DNA of 64,000 nt from Escherichia coli (GCF_003334255.1 NZ_QOWU01000023.1); one strand, 5' to 3'; numbered from the stretch's first letter, positions 1 to 11,570 are shown. Made by a program: numbers and translations. Notes: a model not told the origin generated them from the sequence alone.

Positions 1-189
1 CCGTGGCGTTACTACAACGATCGCGATGTACGCACAATCGTTGAGCTGGGGAAAGCCATAGACTTCGATGCCAGAACTGCTACCCCATTCGAAGGTGAGC
101 GCCATAATGCACTTGATGACGCCCGTTATCAGGCAAAATACGTTTCAGCTATCTGGCAAAAACTGATCCCGAGTCAGGCTGATTTTTAA
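1..189 (+). CDS. 3' end of a prophage DnaQ-like (DEDDh) 3'-5' exonuclease; CDS is truncated by the window start
   Basis: Open frame from position 1 to TAA at 187-189 translates to ...ERHNALDDARYQAKYVSAIWQKL..., containing an H-x4-D exo III-type motif. It lies directly upstream of xis and int on the same strand, as exo-xis-int does in lambda. Confidence 0.45.
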   Translation, partial: PWRYYNDRDVRTIVELGKAIDFDARTATPFEGERHNALDDARYQAKYVSAIWQKLIPSQADF

Positions 190-252
190 TGTTCAACCCC
201 GGTCGTTGCCACCAGCTATAGTGGCGGCGACCATGATTAGCGAACGACGCTC

Positions 253-501
253 ATGGCAAGACTTATTCTGCTCACTGAGTGGGCAAAAGAGGAATTCAGT
301 GAACCGGTCCCTACTCCGAGTACGTTAAGTAAATACGCTAAAGCCGGAATGATATTTCCTCTCCCCAAAAAAGTTGGGAGACGCTGGCGAGTGGATCCGC
401 AAGCTCGCTTTGTCGGAATGGTAAACAAGCCGGAGGTGATCGCCACAGATCACCCTGCTTTGAAGAGGATACTGGAAGATGGCGCGCCCGCGAAAATATA
501 A
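253..501 (+). CDS. xis: Phage excisionase (lambda Xis-like)
   Basis: 82-aa ORF whose N-terminus (LILLTEWAKEE...MIFPLPKKVGRRWRV) resembles lambda Xis; its 3' end overlaps the start of int by 23 nt. Confidence 0.6.
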   Translation: MARLILLTEWAKEEFSEPVPTPSTLSKYAKAGMIFPLPKKVGRRWRVDPQARFVGMVNKPEVIATDHPALKRILEDGAPAKI

Positions 502-1609
502 AACCGATGTTCCGGGATTATCTCCGTATTTTGACAAAAGAAATAACAAAGTTTACTGGCGTTACAGGCATCCCATAACAGGCAAAAATCACGGTCTCGG
601 CAGTATTGACCAGAAACTGGCAGAAACTATTGCAGCAGAAGCGAACAGCCGTCTTGCCCGGCAGCAAATGGAACAAATGCTCAGTCTGCAGGAGAAAATT
701 ATTAGTGATACCGGCGGTTCATCAACCGTTACCATTTTTCTGAATAATTACAGAAAAATTCAACAGGAAAGATATGAAAACGGCGAGATCAAACTCAACA
801 CGCTGAAACAGAAAGCGGCCCCTCTCAGGGTATTTGATGAACGTTTTGGCACCAGACCGTTAGATGCCATAACCGTAAAAGATGTGGTATCAGTACTGGA
901 AGAGTACAAGGCCAGAGGACATAACAGAATGGGACAAATTTTCAGGAAGGTACTGATCGATGTTTTCCGGGAAGCTCAGCAAACGGGCGATGTACCGCCA
1001 GGCTTTAACCCTGCAGAATCGGCAAAAAAACCGCAGGTGCGGATATCAAGACAGCGACTGACTTTTGATGAGTGGATGATGATTTATAACGCAGCGGAAA
1101 AGGATGGTTACTTTTTACAGCGCGGTATGCTGCTGGCACTGATGACAGGCCAGCGCCTTTCAGATATTTGCAAAATGCAATTTTCGGATATCCGGGATGG
1201 TTATCTTCATGTCGAACAGCAAAAAACAGGAACCCGGATTGCCATCCCTCTGGCTCTGCGTTGCGATAAATTAAATCTCACCCTGGATGATGTGGTGTCA
1301 TCCTGCCGCGATTGCGTTCTTAGTCCGTGGCTATTGCACCACCATCACGCGAAAGGGACAGCTAAGCGCGGCGGGATGGTTAAGCCAGCAACATTAACCG
1401 TTGCATTTAAAAAAGCCCGGGATTCTGTGGATTACAACTGGCGTGCTAATGGCACCCCTCCCTCTTTCCATGAGCAGAGATCTTTATCAGAGCGATTGTT
1501 CAGAGAGCAGGGGGTTGATACCAAAATTTTGCTAGGCCATTCGAATCAAAAAATGACCGATATTTACAACGACGCACGCGGTAAGGAATGGAAAAAACTG
1601 GTCATTTGA
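479..1609 (+). CDS. int: Phage tyrosine integrase (lambda Int family)
   Basis: 376-aa ORF with the length and xis-int arrangement of a lambdoid integrase; it ends 45 bp from the ompW stop codon. Confidence 0.85.
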   Translation: MARPRKYKTDVPGLSPYFDKRNNKVYWRYRHPITGKNHGLGSIDQKLAETIAAEANSRLARQQMEQMLSLQEKIISDTGGSSTVTIFLNNYRKIQQERYENGEIKLNTLKQKAAPLRVFDERFGTRPLDAITVKDVVSVLEEYKARGHNRMGQIFRKVLIDVFREAQQTGDVPPGFNPAESAKKPQVRISRQRLTFDEWMMIYNAAEKDGYFLQRGMLLALMTGQRLSDICKMQFSDIRDGYLHVEQQKTGTRIAIPLALRCDKLNLTLDDVVSSCRDCVLSPWLLHHHHAKGTAKRGGMVKPATLTVAFKKARDSVDYNWRANGTPPSFHEQRSLSERLFREQGVDTKILLGHSNQKMTDIYNDARGKEWKKLVI

Positions 1610-1616
1610 TGACCAG
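1598..1616. terminator. Perfect inverted repeat (ctggtca-tttga-tgaccag) spanning the int stop codon; candidate terminator or att-core element
   Basis: 7-bp stem and 5-nt loop read directly from the sequence, followed by a T-run on the + strand. Confidence 0.4.
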
Positions 1617-1650
1617 TTTTGCAGAGGGGTTTTGCAGAGGTTTTGCAGAG
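1616..1650. repeat. Short tandem repeat, about three copies of a 12-bp unit (gttttgcagagg), between the int and ompW stop codons
   Basis: Read directly: gttttgcagagg / ggttttgcagagg / ttttgcagag. Confidence 0.7.
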
Positions 1651-1654
1651 AAAA

Positions 1655-2293
1655 TTAAAAACGATATCCTGCGGAGAACATAAACACCCACGGATCCAGT
1701 CGCACCGAGTCTTTTACGGTAGTAACACCAGATTTGTACTTAGCCGTGGTATCGATATCCATGTACCACACTGACATGTTAACCAACCAGTCACGGTTAA
1801 TCAGATAATCAACCCCCACCTGCCCGGCAGCTCCCCAGGAATCTTTCAGACTGAGATCGGAAAGCCCTGCCTCTTTGCCATGATCGTTAAATCCATTATC
1901 AAAGAAGGTGGTGTAGTTAATACCTGCCCCAACGTAAGGACGGAATTTGCTGCTGGCATCACCAAAATACCACTGCGCCATCAGTGTTGGTGGCAGATGA
2001 TGAACGGTTGCAATATCGCCGGTCGCCCGGGTGCCGATTTTATGGCGGAACGGCGTCGCTGCCAGTAATTCCACACCAATGTTGTCGGTCGCCATATAAG
2101 TAAACGTAAGGCCCAGTTGCGTGTTATTGGTCACGCTGAATCCACCCAGACTTCCTAACGTACCACCAGCACCTTCTGTTGGACGTACGGTTGCAGAACC
2201 TGCACGCATAAAAAATTCGCCTGCTTCATGCGCAAAGGCACTGCCAGAGAGAAGAGTTGTTACTGCCAAAGCCGCCACTGTTAACTTTTTCAT
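1655..2293 (-). CDS. ompW: Outer membrane protein W
   Basis: 212-aa ORF with a signal peptide (MKKLTVAALAVTTLLSGSAFA) and C-terminal ...GYRF; position next to yciC matches K-12 synteny. Confidence 0.95.
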   Translation of the reverse strand: MKKLTVAALAVTTLLSGSAFAHEAGEFFMRAGSATVRPTEGAGGTLGSLGGFSVTNNTQLGLTFTYMATDNIGVELLAATPFRHKIGTRATGDIATVHHLPPTLMAQWYFGDASSKFRPYVGAGINYTTFFDNGFNDHGKEAGLSDLSLKDSWGAAGQVGVDYLINRDWLVNMSVWYMDIDTTAKYKSGVTTVKDSVRLDPWVFMFSAGYRF

Positions 2294-2396
2294 ATCCGCT
2301 CCGTCGTTATGGTTATAAAAACGTGACGAATATACCTACATTGGAGTAACAAATGATCCTACATAGATCACATTACATATGATAATTCACCCTTTA

Positions 2397-2455
2397 TTGA
2401 TCTGGATTAATTTAGAAGTTGCATTGAGAATCCTGGTTAATGTGATTTAAATCAA
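2397..2455 (-). promoter_or_regulatory. Two FNR-like boxes in the ompW promoter region
   Basis: TTGATctggATTAA at 2397-2410 and GTGATttaaATCAA at 2442-2455, each one mismatch from TTGAT-N4-ATCAA and centred 45 bp apart. ompW is known to be anaerobically induced. Confidence 0.4.
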
Positions 2456-2649
2456 TTTTTAAATATTTTCGCTACGCAAATATTAACTCGGTCGCCACTT
2501 GCCGCGATTTGCCCATGCCTGAAGGCCAGCAATTACCTCCGCTTTACAAAGATATGCTTTTCCATACAAGACCTGATGCTGCCACCCGAGGCTTAACCAG
2601 GGTACAATTGCCCGCTAATTAACACCTGCATAAAACTCAAGGAGAGTGC

Positions 2650-3393
2650 ATGTCTATCACGGCGCAGTCCGTATACCGTGACACCGGAAATTTCTTCCGT
2701 AATCAATTTATGACCATTCTGTTGGTATCGTTGCTATGTGCGTTTATCACAGTGGTGTTAGGGCATGTTTTCTCACCCAGTGATGCACAGCTTGCGCAGC
2801 TCAATGACGGCGTGCCCGTTAGCGGCAGTAGTGGGTTGTTCGACCTGGTTCAGAATATGTCACCGGAACAGCAACAAATTTTGCTGCAGGCTTCAGCGGC
2901 GTCCACTTTTTCAGGATTAATCGGTAACGCCATTCTCGCCGGAGGCGTAATATTAATTATCCAGCTGGTGTCTGCGGGTCAGAGAGTCAGTGCGCTGCGA
3001 GCTATTGGTGCCAGTGCGCCGATATTGCCAAAGTTATTTATTCTGATTTTTCTGACTACCCTTTTAGTACAGATTGGCATCATGCTGGTGGTCGTTCCGG
3101 GAATTATCATGGCCATTTTACTGGCCCTGGCACCGGTGATGTTGGTACAGGACAAAATGGGCGTTTTTGCCTCGATGCGTAGCAGTATGCGGCTGACTTG
3201 GGCGAATATGCGTCTGGTGGCACCCGCAGTACTGAGCTGGTTGCTGGCAAAAACACTGTTGCTGCTTTTTGCCTCTTCTTTTGCCGCATTAACCCCGGAA
3301 ATTGGTGCCGTACTGGCGAACACCTTGAGCAACCTGATTTCAGCCATATTGCTCATCTATCTGTTCCGCCTGTATATGTTGATTCGCCAATAA
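2650..3393 (+). CDS. yciC: UPF0259 inner membrane protein YciC
   Basis: 247-aa hydrophobic ORF in the expected position in the ompW-yciCBA-tonB block. Confidence 0.9.
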
Positions 3394-3422
3394 CCTTAAG
3401 CATTTGATTACGGAATCGTAAA

Positions 3423-3962
3423 ATGAAGCAGTTTCTTGATTTTTTACCGCTGGTTGTCTTTTTCGCGTTTTACAAGATTTATGACATCTATGCGGCTACT
3501 GCGGCGCTGATCGTCGCCACGGCGATTGTGCTTATCTATAGCTGGGTTCGCTTTCGTAAGGTTGAGAAGATGGCCCTGATCACTTTTGTTCTGGTGGTCG
3601 TCTTCGGTGGCTTGACGCTGTTCTTCCACAATGATGAGTTTATTAAATGGAAGGTTACAGTCATTTATGCTCTATTTGCGGGAGCCCTGTTAGTCAGCCA
3701 ATGGGTGATGAAAAAGCCGCTAATTCAGCGGATGCTGGGTAAAGAACTCACGCTGCCGCAACCGGTATGGTCGAAGCTGAATCTGGCCTGGGCTGTTTTC
3801 TTTATCCTTTGCGGTCTGGCAAACATCTACATCGCATTCTGGCTGCCGCAAAATATTTGGGTCAACTTTAAAGTCTTTGGCCTGACCGCCCTTACCTTAA
3901 TCTTCACATTGTTAAGCGGTATCTATATCTACCGCCACATGCCGCAGGAAGATAAATCCTAA
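3423..3962 (+). CDS. yciB: Intracellular septation protein A (YciB)
   Basis: 179-aa polytopic membrane ORF; synteny. Confidence 0.9.
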   Translation: MKQFLDFLPLVVFFAFYKIYDIYAATAALIVATAIVLIYSWVRFRKVEKMALITFVLVVVFGGLTLFFHNDEFIKWKVTVIYALFAGALLVSQWVMKKPLIQRMLGKELTLPQPVWSKLNLAWAVFFILCGLANIYIAFWLPQNIWVNFKVFGLTALTLIFTLLSGIYIYRHMPQEDKS

Positions 3963-4066
3963 CCAGACTGCCAGTCCTTCGGGGCTGGCGCTGTATCTCC
4001 TCTGTTCTCCTCAGGAAAATCATAGTAGCATCGCGCCTGTGATTTTCCTTTTAAGTCGGTTTTACC

Positions 4067-4465
4067 ATGTCTACAACACATAACGTCCCTCAGGGCGATC
4101 TTGTTTTACGTACTTTAGCCATGCCCGCCGATACCAATGCCAATGGTGACATCTTTGGTGGTTGGTTAATGTCACAAATGGATATTGGCGGCGCTATTCT
4201 GGCAAAAGAAATTGCCCACGGTCGCGTAGTGACTGTGCGGGTTGAAGGAATGACTTTCTTACGGCCGGTTGCGGTCGGCGATGTGGTGTGCTGCTATGCA
4301 CGCTGTGTCCAGAAAGGGACGACATCGGTCAGCATTAATATTGAAGTGTGGGTGAAAAAAGTAGCGTCTGAACCAATTGGGCAACGCTATAAAGCGACAG
4401 AAGCATTATTTAAGTATGTCGCGGTTGATCCTGAAGGAAAACCTCGCGCCTTACCTGTTGAGTAA
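4067..4465 (+). CDS. yciA: Acyl-CoA thioesterase YciA
   Basis: 132-aa ORF consistent with a hotdog-fold thioesterase; synteny. Confidence 0.9.
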   Translation: MSTTHNVPQGDLVLRTLAMPADTNANGDIFGGWLMSQMDIGGAILAKEIAHGRVVTVRVEGMTFLRPVAVGDVVCCYARCVQKGTTSVSINIEVWVKKVASEPIGQRYKATEALFKYVAVDPEGKPRALPVE

Positions 4466-4467
4466 TA

Positions 4468-4497
4468 GTCAAAAGCCTCCGGTCGGAGGCTTTTGAC
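4468..4497. terminator. Bidirectional rho-independent terminator between convergent yciA and tonB
   Basis: Hairpin gtcaaaagcctccg-gt-cggaggcttttgac, symmetric and lying between the two stop codons. Confidence 0.7.
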
Positions 4498-4504
4498 TTT
4501 CTGC

Positions 4505-5224
4505 TTACTGAATTTCGGTGGTGCCGTTAATTTTAAACAGGATATTCACCACAATCCCACTGCCTGGCTTACCCGGCTCATAACGCCATCTGCGCATCGC
4601 ATTTTTCACCTCACGCTCAAACATGTTCGCAGGCTTGGCTGAGAGGATTTGTACGTTATCCACGCGACCATCCGGCGTAACGTCAAATTTAACTTTAACC
4701 TGCCCTTCAATGCGCAATGCCTGTGCTCGTGCCGGATACTGCGGCTGATTACGGCTTAATGCGCGTGGTCCTGAAGCCACACTGGTAACCGGCTTGCTGG
4801 TTGCAGCCGTTGCTGTACTTGATGTCAGGCGTGCCGGTGCCGTATTTTCAAACGGTGATGCCGGACGCGACTCTACGGGTTTGACATCGCGTTTTGGCTG
4901 CTCCTGTACCTTTTTCACCGGCTTCGGTTTTGGCTTAGGTTTCGGCTTCGGCTTTTCAATGACCACCGGTGCTTCTTTTGGCGGTTCGGGGATCGGCTCA
5001 GGTTCCGGTTCTGGCTCTACCACCGGCTCCGGTGGCGGCTGAACGGCTTGTGGCGGTTCGAGATCAGCAGGCGTAACCATCGTGACAGAAATCGGCTGCG
5101 CAGGCGCAGGTAGTTCAATAACCTGATGTACCGAGGTATAGAGCAGACCCGCCACAACAGCACCATGAATGCAGACCGAAAGTAACGTCGGCCAGGGGAA
5201 GCGGCGAGGTAAATCAAGGGTCAT
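4505..5224 (-). CDS. tonB: TonB energy transducer
   Basis: ORF contains MTLDLPRRFPWPTLLSVCIHGAV..., the (EP)n and (KP)n proline-rich spacer and the C-terminal domain. Start trimmed from the 256-aa ORF to the internal Met that gives the 239-aa length I recall for K-12 TonB. Confidence 0.9.
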   Translation of the reverse strand: MTLDLPRRFPWPTLLSVCIHGAVVAGLLYTSVHQVIELPAPAQPISVTMVTPADLEPPQAVQPPPEPVVEPEPEPEPIPEPPKEAPVVIEKPKPKPKPKPKPVKKVQEQPKRDVKPVESRPASPFENTAPARLTSSTATAATSKPVTSVASGPRALSRNQPQYPARAQALRIEGQVKVKFDVTPDGRVDNVQILSAKPANMFEREVKNAMRRWRYEPGKPGSGIVVNILFKINGTTEIQ

Positions 5225-5447
5225 TGAAGTCATAATCATTTCAGTAGAAAAACCAGGTCTCGATTTTAAATGCAAATAGCAATCATATTCAATAAGGCAA
5301 GACGATCAGGATCAGTGAAAATGTCATTTTTGGCGTAATTACCCTTACTTTATGCATGGCCTTAACAAAGACATCATCTTTCCGTTGCAGATCTTCGCCC
5401 TTTCAAATAACGTACTTTACAACTTTCCCGAACAAGGAGTTGTGCCC

Positions 5448-5744
5448 GTGTTGTATGTTATTTACGCTCAAGACAAAGCTGATAGCCTCGAAAAACGCCT
5501 TTCCGTTCGTCCGGCACATTTAGCACGTTTACAGTTACTGCATGATGAAGGTCGTTTGTTGACAGCTGGTCCAATGCCAGCGGTAGACAGTAACGATCCA
5601 GGGGCTGCGGGATTTACTGGCTCAACCGTTATTGCTGAATTTGAATCGCTGGAAGCAGCTCAGGCCTGGGCCGATGCTGACCCGTACGTAGCGGCAGGAG
5701 TCTATGAACACGTTTCAGTGAAACCATTTAAGAAAGTGTTCTGA
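5448..5744 (+). CDS. yciI: YciI-like protein
   Basis: Start set to the GTG at 5448, preceded by aaggag at 5434-5439; the 130-aa ATG ORF looks 5'-extended. Confidence 0.75.
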
Positions 5745-6043
5745 ATAGAGATTCAATATTTAAGGGCACGGTTTTTGCAACCGTGTTCTTGTTTGGCCTT
5801 TCCTTATAGCCGGTCAGTGCATTCACCACCACAAGCAGATAATAACTTTATCTGTATTTCTTTATATGATGTGAGCATATTCAGGAAAAATGACCTTTCC
5901 TGAGGTACAGTTGCTCGCTCAAATCCTTTGATTACTGCGGATAAAGTCATCTACTATTGTTTAACACATTCACGCGCTGCATGTATGTTCAGAAAATGTG
6001 CACGCTAAGATAATTAAACAAAATTGTGGTTACAGAGGTATCA

Positions 6044-7297
6044 GTGAGTCACTGGGCTACATTCAAACAAACAGCAACAAATTTATGGGTGACCCTTCGG
6101 CACGACATTCTCGCGCTGGCCGTCTTTTTAAATGGATTGCTTATTTTTAAAACAATCTATGGTATGTCGGTCAATTTGCTTGATATTTTCCATATCAAAG
6201 CATTTTCAGAGTTGGATCTCTCCTTGCTGGCAAACGCCCCACTCTTTATGCTCGGCGTCTTTCTTGTCCTGAACTCCATTGGCTTACTGTTCCGGGCAAA
6301 GCTCGCATGGGCAATCAGTATCATTTTGTTGTTGATAGCGCTAATTTACACCCTGCATTTTTATCCCTGGCTGAAATTTAGTATTGGATTTTGCATTTTT
6401 ACGCTGGTGTTTTTGCTGATACTGCGCAAAGACTTCTCCCACAGTAGCGCCGCAGCCGGGACAATTTTTGCATTTATTAGTTTCACGACATTACTGTTTT
6501 ACTCAACCTACGGTGCGCTTTATTTAAGCGAAGGTTTTAATCCGCGAATAGAAAGTTTGATGACCGCGTTCTATTTTTCGATAGAAACCATGTCAACCGT
6601 CGGCTATGGCGATATTGTCCCTGTTTCTGAATCAGCACGATTGTTCACTATTTCGGTCATTATTTCCGGCATTACCGTTTTTGCCACATCTATGACCTCA
6701 ATTTTTGGTCCGCTTATCCGCGGAGGATTCAACAAACTTGTAAAAGGAAACAATCATACAATGCATCGTAAAGATCATTTTATTGTTTGCGGACATTCGA
6801 TTCTCGCCATCAATACGATCCTGCAACTGAATCAACGCGGACAAAACGTAACGGTTATCAGCAACTTGCCTGAAGATGATATCAAGCAACTTGAGCAACG
6901 CTTAGGCGATAATGCTGATGTTATCCCCGGTGACAGTAATGACAGTTCTGTATTAAAGAAAGCGGGAATCGATCGTTGCCGGGCCATTCTGGCGCTGAGT
7001 GATAACGATGCAGATAACGCGTTTGTTGTACTCTCGGCAAAAGATATGAGCAGTGATGTCAAAACAGTTCTCGCCGTCAGTGATAGCAAAAACCTGAATA
7101 AGATTAAGATGGTACATCCGGATATCATTCTCTCACCGCAACTGTTTGGCAGCGAAATTCTGGCGCGAGTTTTAAATGGTGAAGAGATTAATAATGATAT
7201 GCTCGTTTCAATGTTGTTGAACTCAGGTCATGGTATTTTCAGCGATAACGATGAACTAGAAACGAAAGCTGACAGTAAAGAATCGGCGCAAAAATAG
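6044..7297 (+). CDS. kch: Voltage-gated potassium channel Kch
   Basis: Contains the K+ selectivity filter TVGYGD and a C-terminal RCK/TrkA-like domain. Start set to the GTG giving MSHWATFKQ... (417 aa). Confidence 0.85.
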   Translation: MSHWATFKQTATNLWVTLRHDILALAVFLNGLLIFKTIYGMSVNLLDIFHIKAFSELDLSLLANAPLFMLGVFLVLNSIGLLFRAKLAWAISIILLLIALIYTLHFYPWLKFSIGFCIFTLVFLLILRKDFSHSSAAAGTIFAFISFTTLLFYSTYGALYLSEGFNPRIESLMTAFYFSIETMSTVGYGDIVPVSESARLFTISVIISGITVFATSMTSIFGPLIRGGFNKLVKGNNHTMHRKDHFIVCGHSILAINTILQLNQRGQNVTVISNLPEDDIKQLEQRLGDNADVIPGDSNDSSVLKKAGIDRCRAILALSDNDADNAFVVLSAKDMSSDVKTVLAVSDSKNLNKIKMVHPDIILSPQLFGSEILARVLNGEEINNDMLVSMLLNSGHGIFSDNDELETKADSKESAQK

Positions 7298-7351
7298 AGT
7301 TTAAAGACGGAAGAGTAAACTTATTGGGCACCGCAATGGTGCCCAGTACAT

Positions 7352-7636
7352 TTAGATATTGTAGATCGCAAACAATAACGAGTTACGCTGTTTGTTTAGA
7401 ATGCACTTCCTGATGCTGTGGATACGCATATTTCGGCGCGATTGCCCCTCAAGCCAACGCGATTTACGTCGGCTAGCCTGACGCTGCATGCGCCAGCGCC
7501 CCACTTCCGTTCTACTCCGCTTCATGTTAACTACTCTATGCAATAACAGAATGGTCATTATACCCCCACCCCCGACGCTGACCAGTGCTTTTCCCGCGTT
7601 TTTATTTGCCAGATGAATCCATATGCGTAAACTCAT
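7352..7636 (-). CDS. Hypothetical small protein(s) in the kch-cls spacer; N-terminal hydrophobic segment, C-terminal Arg-rich tail
   Basis: 94-aa ORF on the strand opposite kch and cls, with an internal Met giving MKRSRTEVGRWRMQRQASRRKSRW.... K-12 carries small genes (ymiA/yciX) at this position as far as I recall, but I cannot confirm identity. Confidence 0.3.
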   Translation of the reverse strand: MSLRIWIHLANKNAGKALVSVGGGGIMTILLLHRVVNMKRSRTEVGRWRMQRQASRRKSRWLEGQSRRNMRIHSIRKCILNKQRNSLLFAIYNI

Positions 7637-7667
7637 AACAATGCGCTTTCAAAAGGATTTCTAATCT

Positions 7668-9492
<1,825 letters not shown>

Positions 9493-9513
9493 ATAATCGC
9501 TTTTAGCGTGAAA

Positions 9514-9537
9514 AAGGGCTGACAACTGTCAGCCCTT
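9514..9537. terminator. Bidirectional terminator between convergent yciU and oppF
   Basis: Perfect palindrome aagggctgacaactgtcagccctt flanked by T-runs on both strands. Confidence 0.65.
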
Positions 9538-9544
9538 ATTGTTT

Positions 9545-10549
9545 TTAAAGCGGATCGACTTTCAGGCAAGAAACGGCGTGTCTGAAACTCCCCTCCAGAA
9601 CAGGACGTGTTTTGGCGCACTCTGGACCGGCAATCGGGCAACGGGTACGGAAAACACAACCGGAAGGCGGGTTGATCGGCGACGGTAATTCCCCTTCCAG
9701 TAACTGGATGGTTTTGTTCTTCTCCAGATCCGGATCAGGTATGGGGACTGCCGACATCAATGCCCTGGTGTAAGGATGTAGTGGATTGTGGTAGACCTCA
9801 TCATAGGTCCCCAGTTCTACCGCATGGCCGAGATACATCACCAACACACGATCGGAAATGTGTTTTACCACGGCCAGGTCATGAGCGATAAAAATTAATG
9901 ACAATCCCATCTCACGTTGCAATTGCTGGAGCAGGTTGACCACCTGTGCCTGAATTGACACGTCCAGCGCCGACACCGGCTCATCACAGATAATCAGCTT
10001 CGGTTCAAGAATAAGAGCACGCGCAATCCCGATACGCTGGCACTGCCCACCAGAGAACTCATGCGGATAGCGGTTAATCAGGTTAGGCAATAACCCGACT
10101 TTCAGCATCATCGCCTTCACGCGCTCGCGAACTTCCTGGCGTGACATTTTCGGATGATAAGTACGCAGTGGTTCAGCGATGATCTCGCCGATGGTCATAC
10201 GCGGGTTTAGCGATGCCAACGGATCCTGGAAAATCATCTGAATATCACTGCGAACGGCACGCCATTCATCGGGTTTCATGCCCAGCAACTCTTTACCTAA
10301 CCAGGCAACATGACCGTCGGTCGCCTTGACCAAACCGATGATGGCGCGAGCAAAGGTGGACTTACCGCATCCCGATTCCCCTACCACACCTAATGTTTCC
10401 CCTTCATACAGGCGAAGAGTGACACCATCGACGGCTTTGAGCGTTTTCGGCGGTTGCCAGAACCACTGTTTGCCATCTTTGATTTCAAAGTGCACTTTAA
10501 GATCGGCGATTTCAAGGAGGACTTTTCTTCCTTCAGTTACAGCATTCAT
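9545..10549 (-). CDS. oppF: Oligopeptide ABC transporter ATP-binding protein OppF
   Basis: 334-aa ORF with Walker A (GESGCGKST) and ABC signature; last gene of oppABCDF. Confidence 0.95.
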   Translation of the reverse strand: MNAVTEGRKVLLEIADLKVHFEIKDGKQWFWQPPKTLKAVDGVTLRLYEGETLGVVGESGCGKSTFARAIIGLVKATDGHVAWLGKELLGMKPDEWRAVRSDIQMIFQDPLASLNPRMTIGEIIAEPLRTYHPKMSRQEVRERVKAMMLKVGLLPNLINRYPHEFSGGQCQRIGIARALILEPKLIICDEPVSALDVSIQAQVVNLLQQLQREMGLSLIFIAHDLAVVKHISDRVLVMYLGHAVELGTYDEVYHNPLHPYTRALMSAVPIPDPDLEKNKTIQLLEGELPSPINPPSGCVFRTRCPIAGPECAKTRPVLEGSFRHAVSCLKVDPL

Positions 10550-11559
10550 AACAGTTCCTCCACCGGTTTAAAGCAAGCACGCAGACGGCCAGGCGTAAAC
10601 TCTTCCAGCGGCGGTGCGCTACTACAAATTTCCATCGCATGCGGACAACGTGGCTGGAACGGGCAACCTTTCGGTAATCGCAGCAGGTTTGGCGGATTAC
10701 CCGGGATGGTCAACATTGTTTCACCTTCCGCATCGAGACGCGGCACCGCGTTGAGCAAACCGATAGAATAAGGATGAACGGGTTGATAAAAGACATCGCG
10801 CGCGTTGCCATATTCCATCGTGCGCCCGGCGTACATTACCAGCACTTTGTCGCAGATCCCCGCCACCACGCCAAGATCGTGGGTGATCATAATGATGGCG
10901 GTATTAAATTCCCGCTTCAGTTCATTTAATAGCGTCATGATCTGCGCCTGTACGGTGACGTCCAGCGCAGTTGTTGGTTCATCCGCAATCAGCAGCTTAG
11001 GTCGACATAACAAGGCCATCGCAATCATGACTCGCTGACGCATGCCGCCAGAAAATTCGTGCGGGTACATTTTCATGCGTTTACGCGCTTCCGGCATTTT
11101 TACCGCATCGAGCATCCGCACCGACTCTTCAAACGCCTCAGCTTTGCTCATGTTCTTATGCAGCATCAGCACTTCCATCAACTGCTCACCGACGCGCATA
11201 TAGGGATTCAACGAAGTCATTGGGTCCTGAAAAATCATTGAGATTTGTTCAGCGCGCAGTTTATTGAGTTCATGCTCTGGCAAATTGAGGATTTCACGCC
11301 CATTGAAGGTTGCCGATCCGCCAATACGTCCGTTGGCAGCCAACAGGCCCATCAACGCAAATGCAGTTTGCGATTTACCCGAACCAGACTCACCTACAAT
11401 ACCCAGCGTTTCTCCGGCACGTAGGGAAAAATTCAAATCATTGACCGCCGTGACGTCGCCGTCCGGGGTACTAAAGGTGACACGCAAATCTTTCACGTTC
11501 AGCAGTGCGTCAGCCTGTTGTTGTGCGAGCGGCACAGTTGCAGTTTCAATTACGCTCAT
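10546..11559 (-). CDS. oppD: Oligopeptide ABC transporter ATP-binding protein OppD
   Basis: 337-aa ORF with Walker A (GESGSGKSQ); overlaps oppF by 4 nt. Confidence 0.95.
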   Translation of the reverse strand: MSVIETATVPLAQQQADALLNVKDLRVTFSTPDGDVTAVNDLNFSLRAGETLGIVGESGSGKSQTAFALMGLLAANGRIGGSATFNGREILNLPEHELNKLRAEQISMIFQDPMTSLNPYMRVGEQLMEVLMLHKNMSKAEAFEESVRMLDAVKMPEARKRMKMYPHEFSGGMRQRVMIAMALLCRPKLLIADEPTTALDVTVQAQIMTLLNELKREFNTAIIMITHDLGVVAGICDKVLVMYAGRTMEYGNARDVFYQPVHPYSIGLLNAVPRLDAEGETMLTIPGNPPNLLRLPKGCPFQPRCPHAMEICSSAPPLEEFTPGRLRACFKPVEELL

Positions 11560-11570
11560 GGCTGCACTCC

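Noticed and set aside
4900-5040. Short DNA-level repeats (ggcttcggtttt..., ggttccggttctggctct...) that might look like a microsatellite or variable-number repeat
   Set aside because: They lie inside tonB and encode its known (Glu-Pro)n/(Lys-Pro)n proline-rich spacer, so they are a coding feature and not a separate repeat element.
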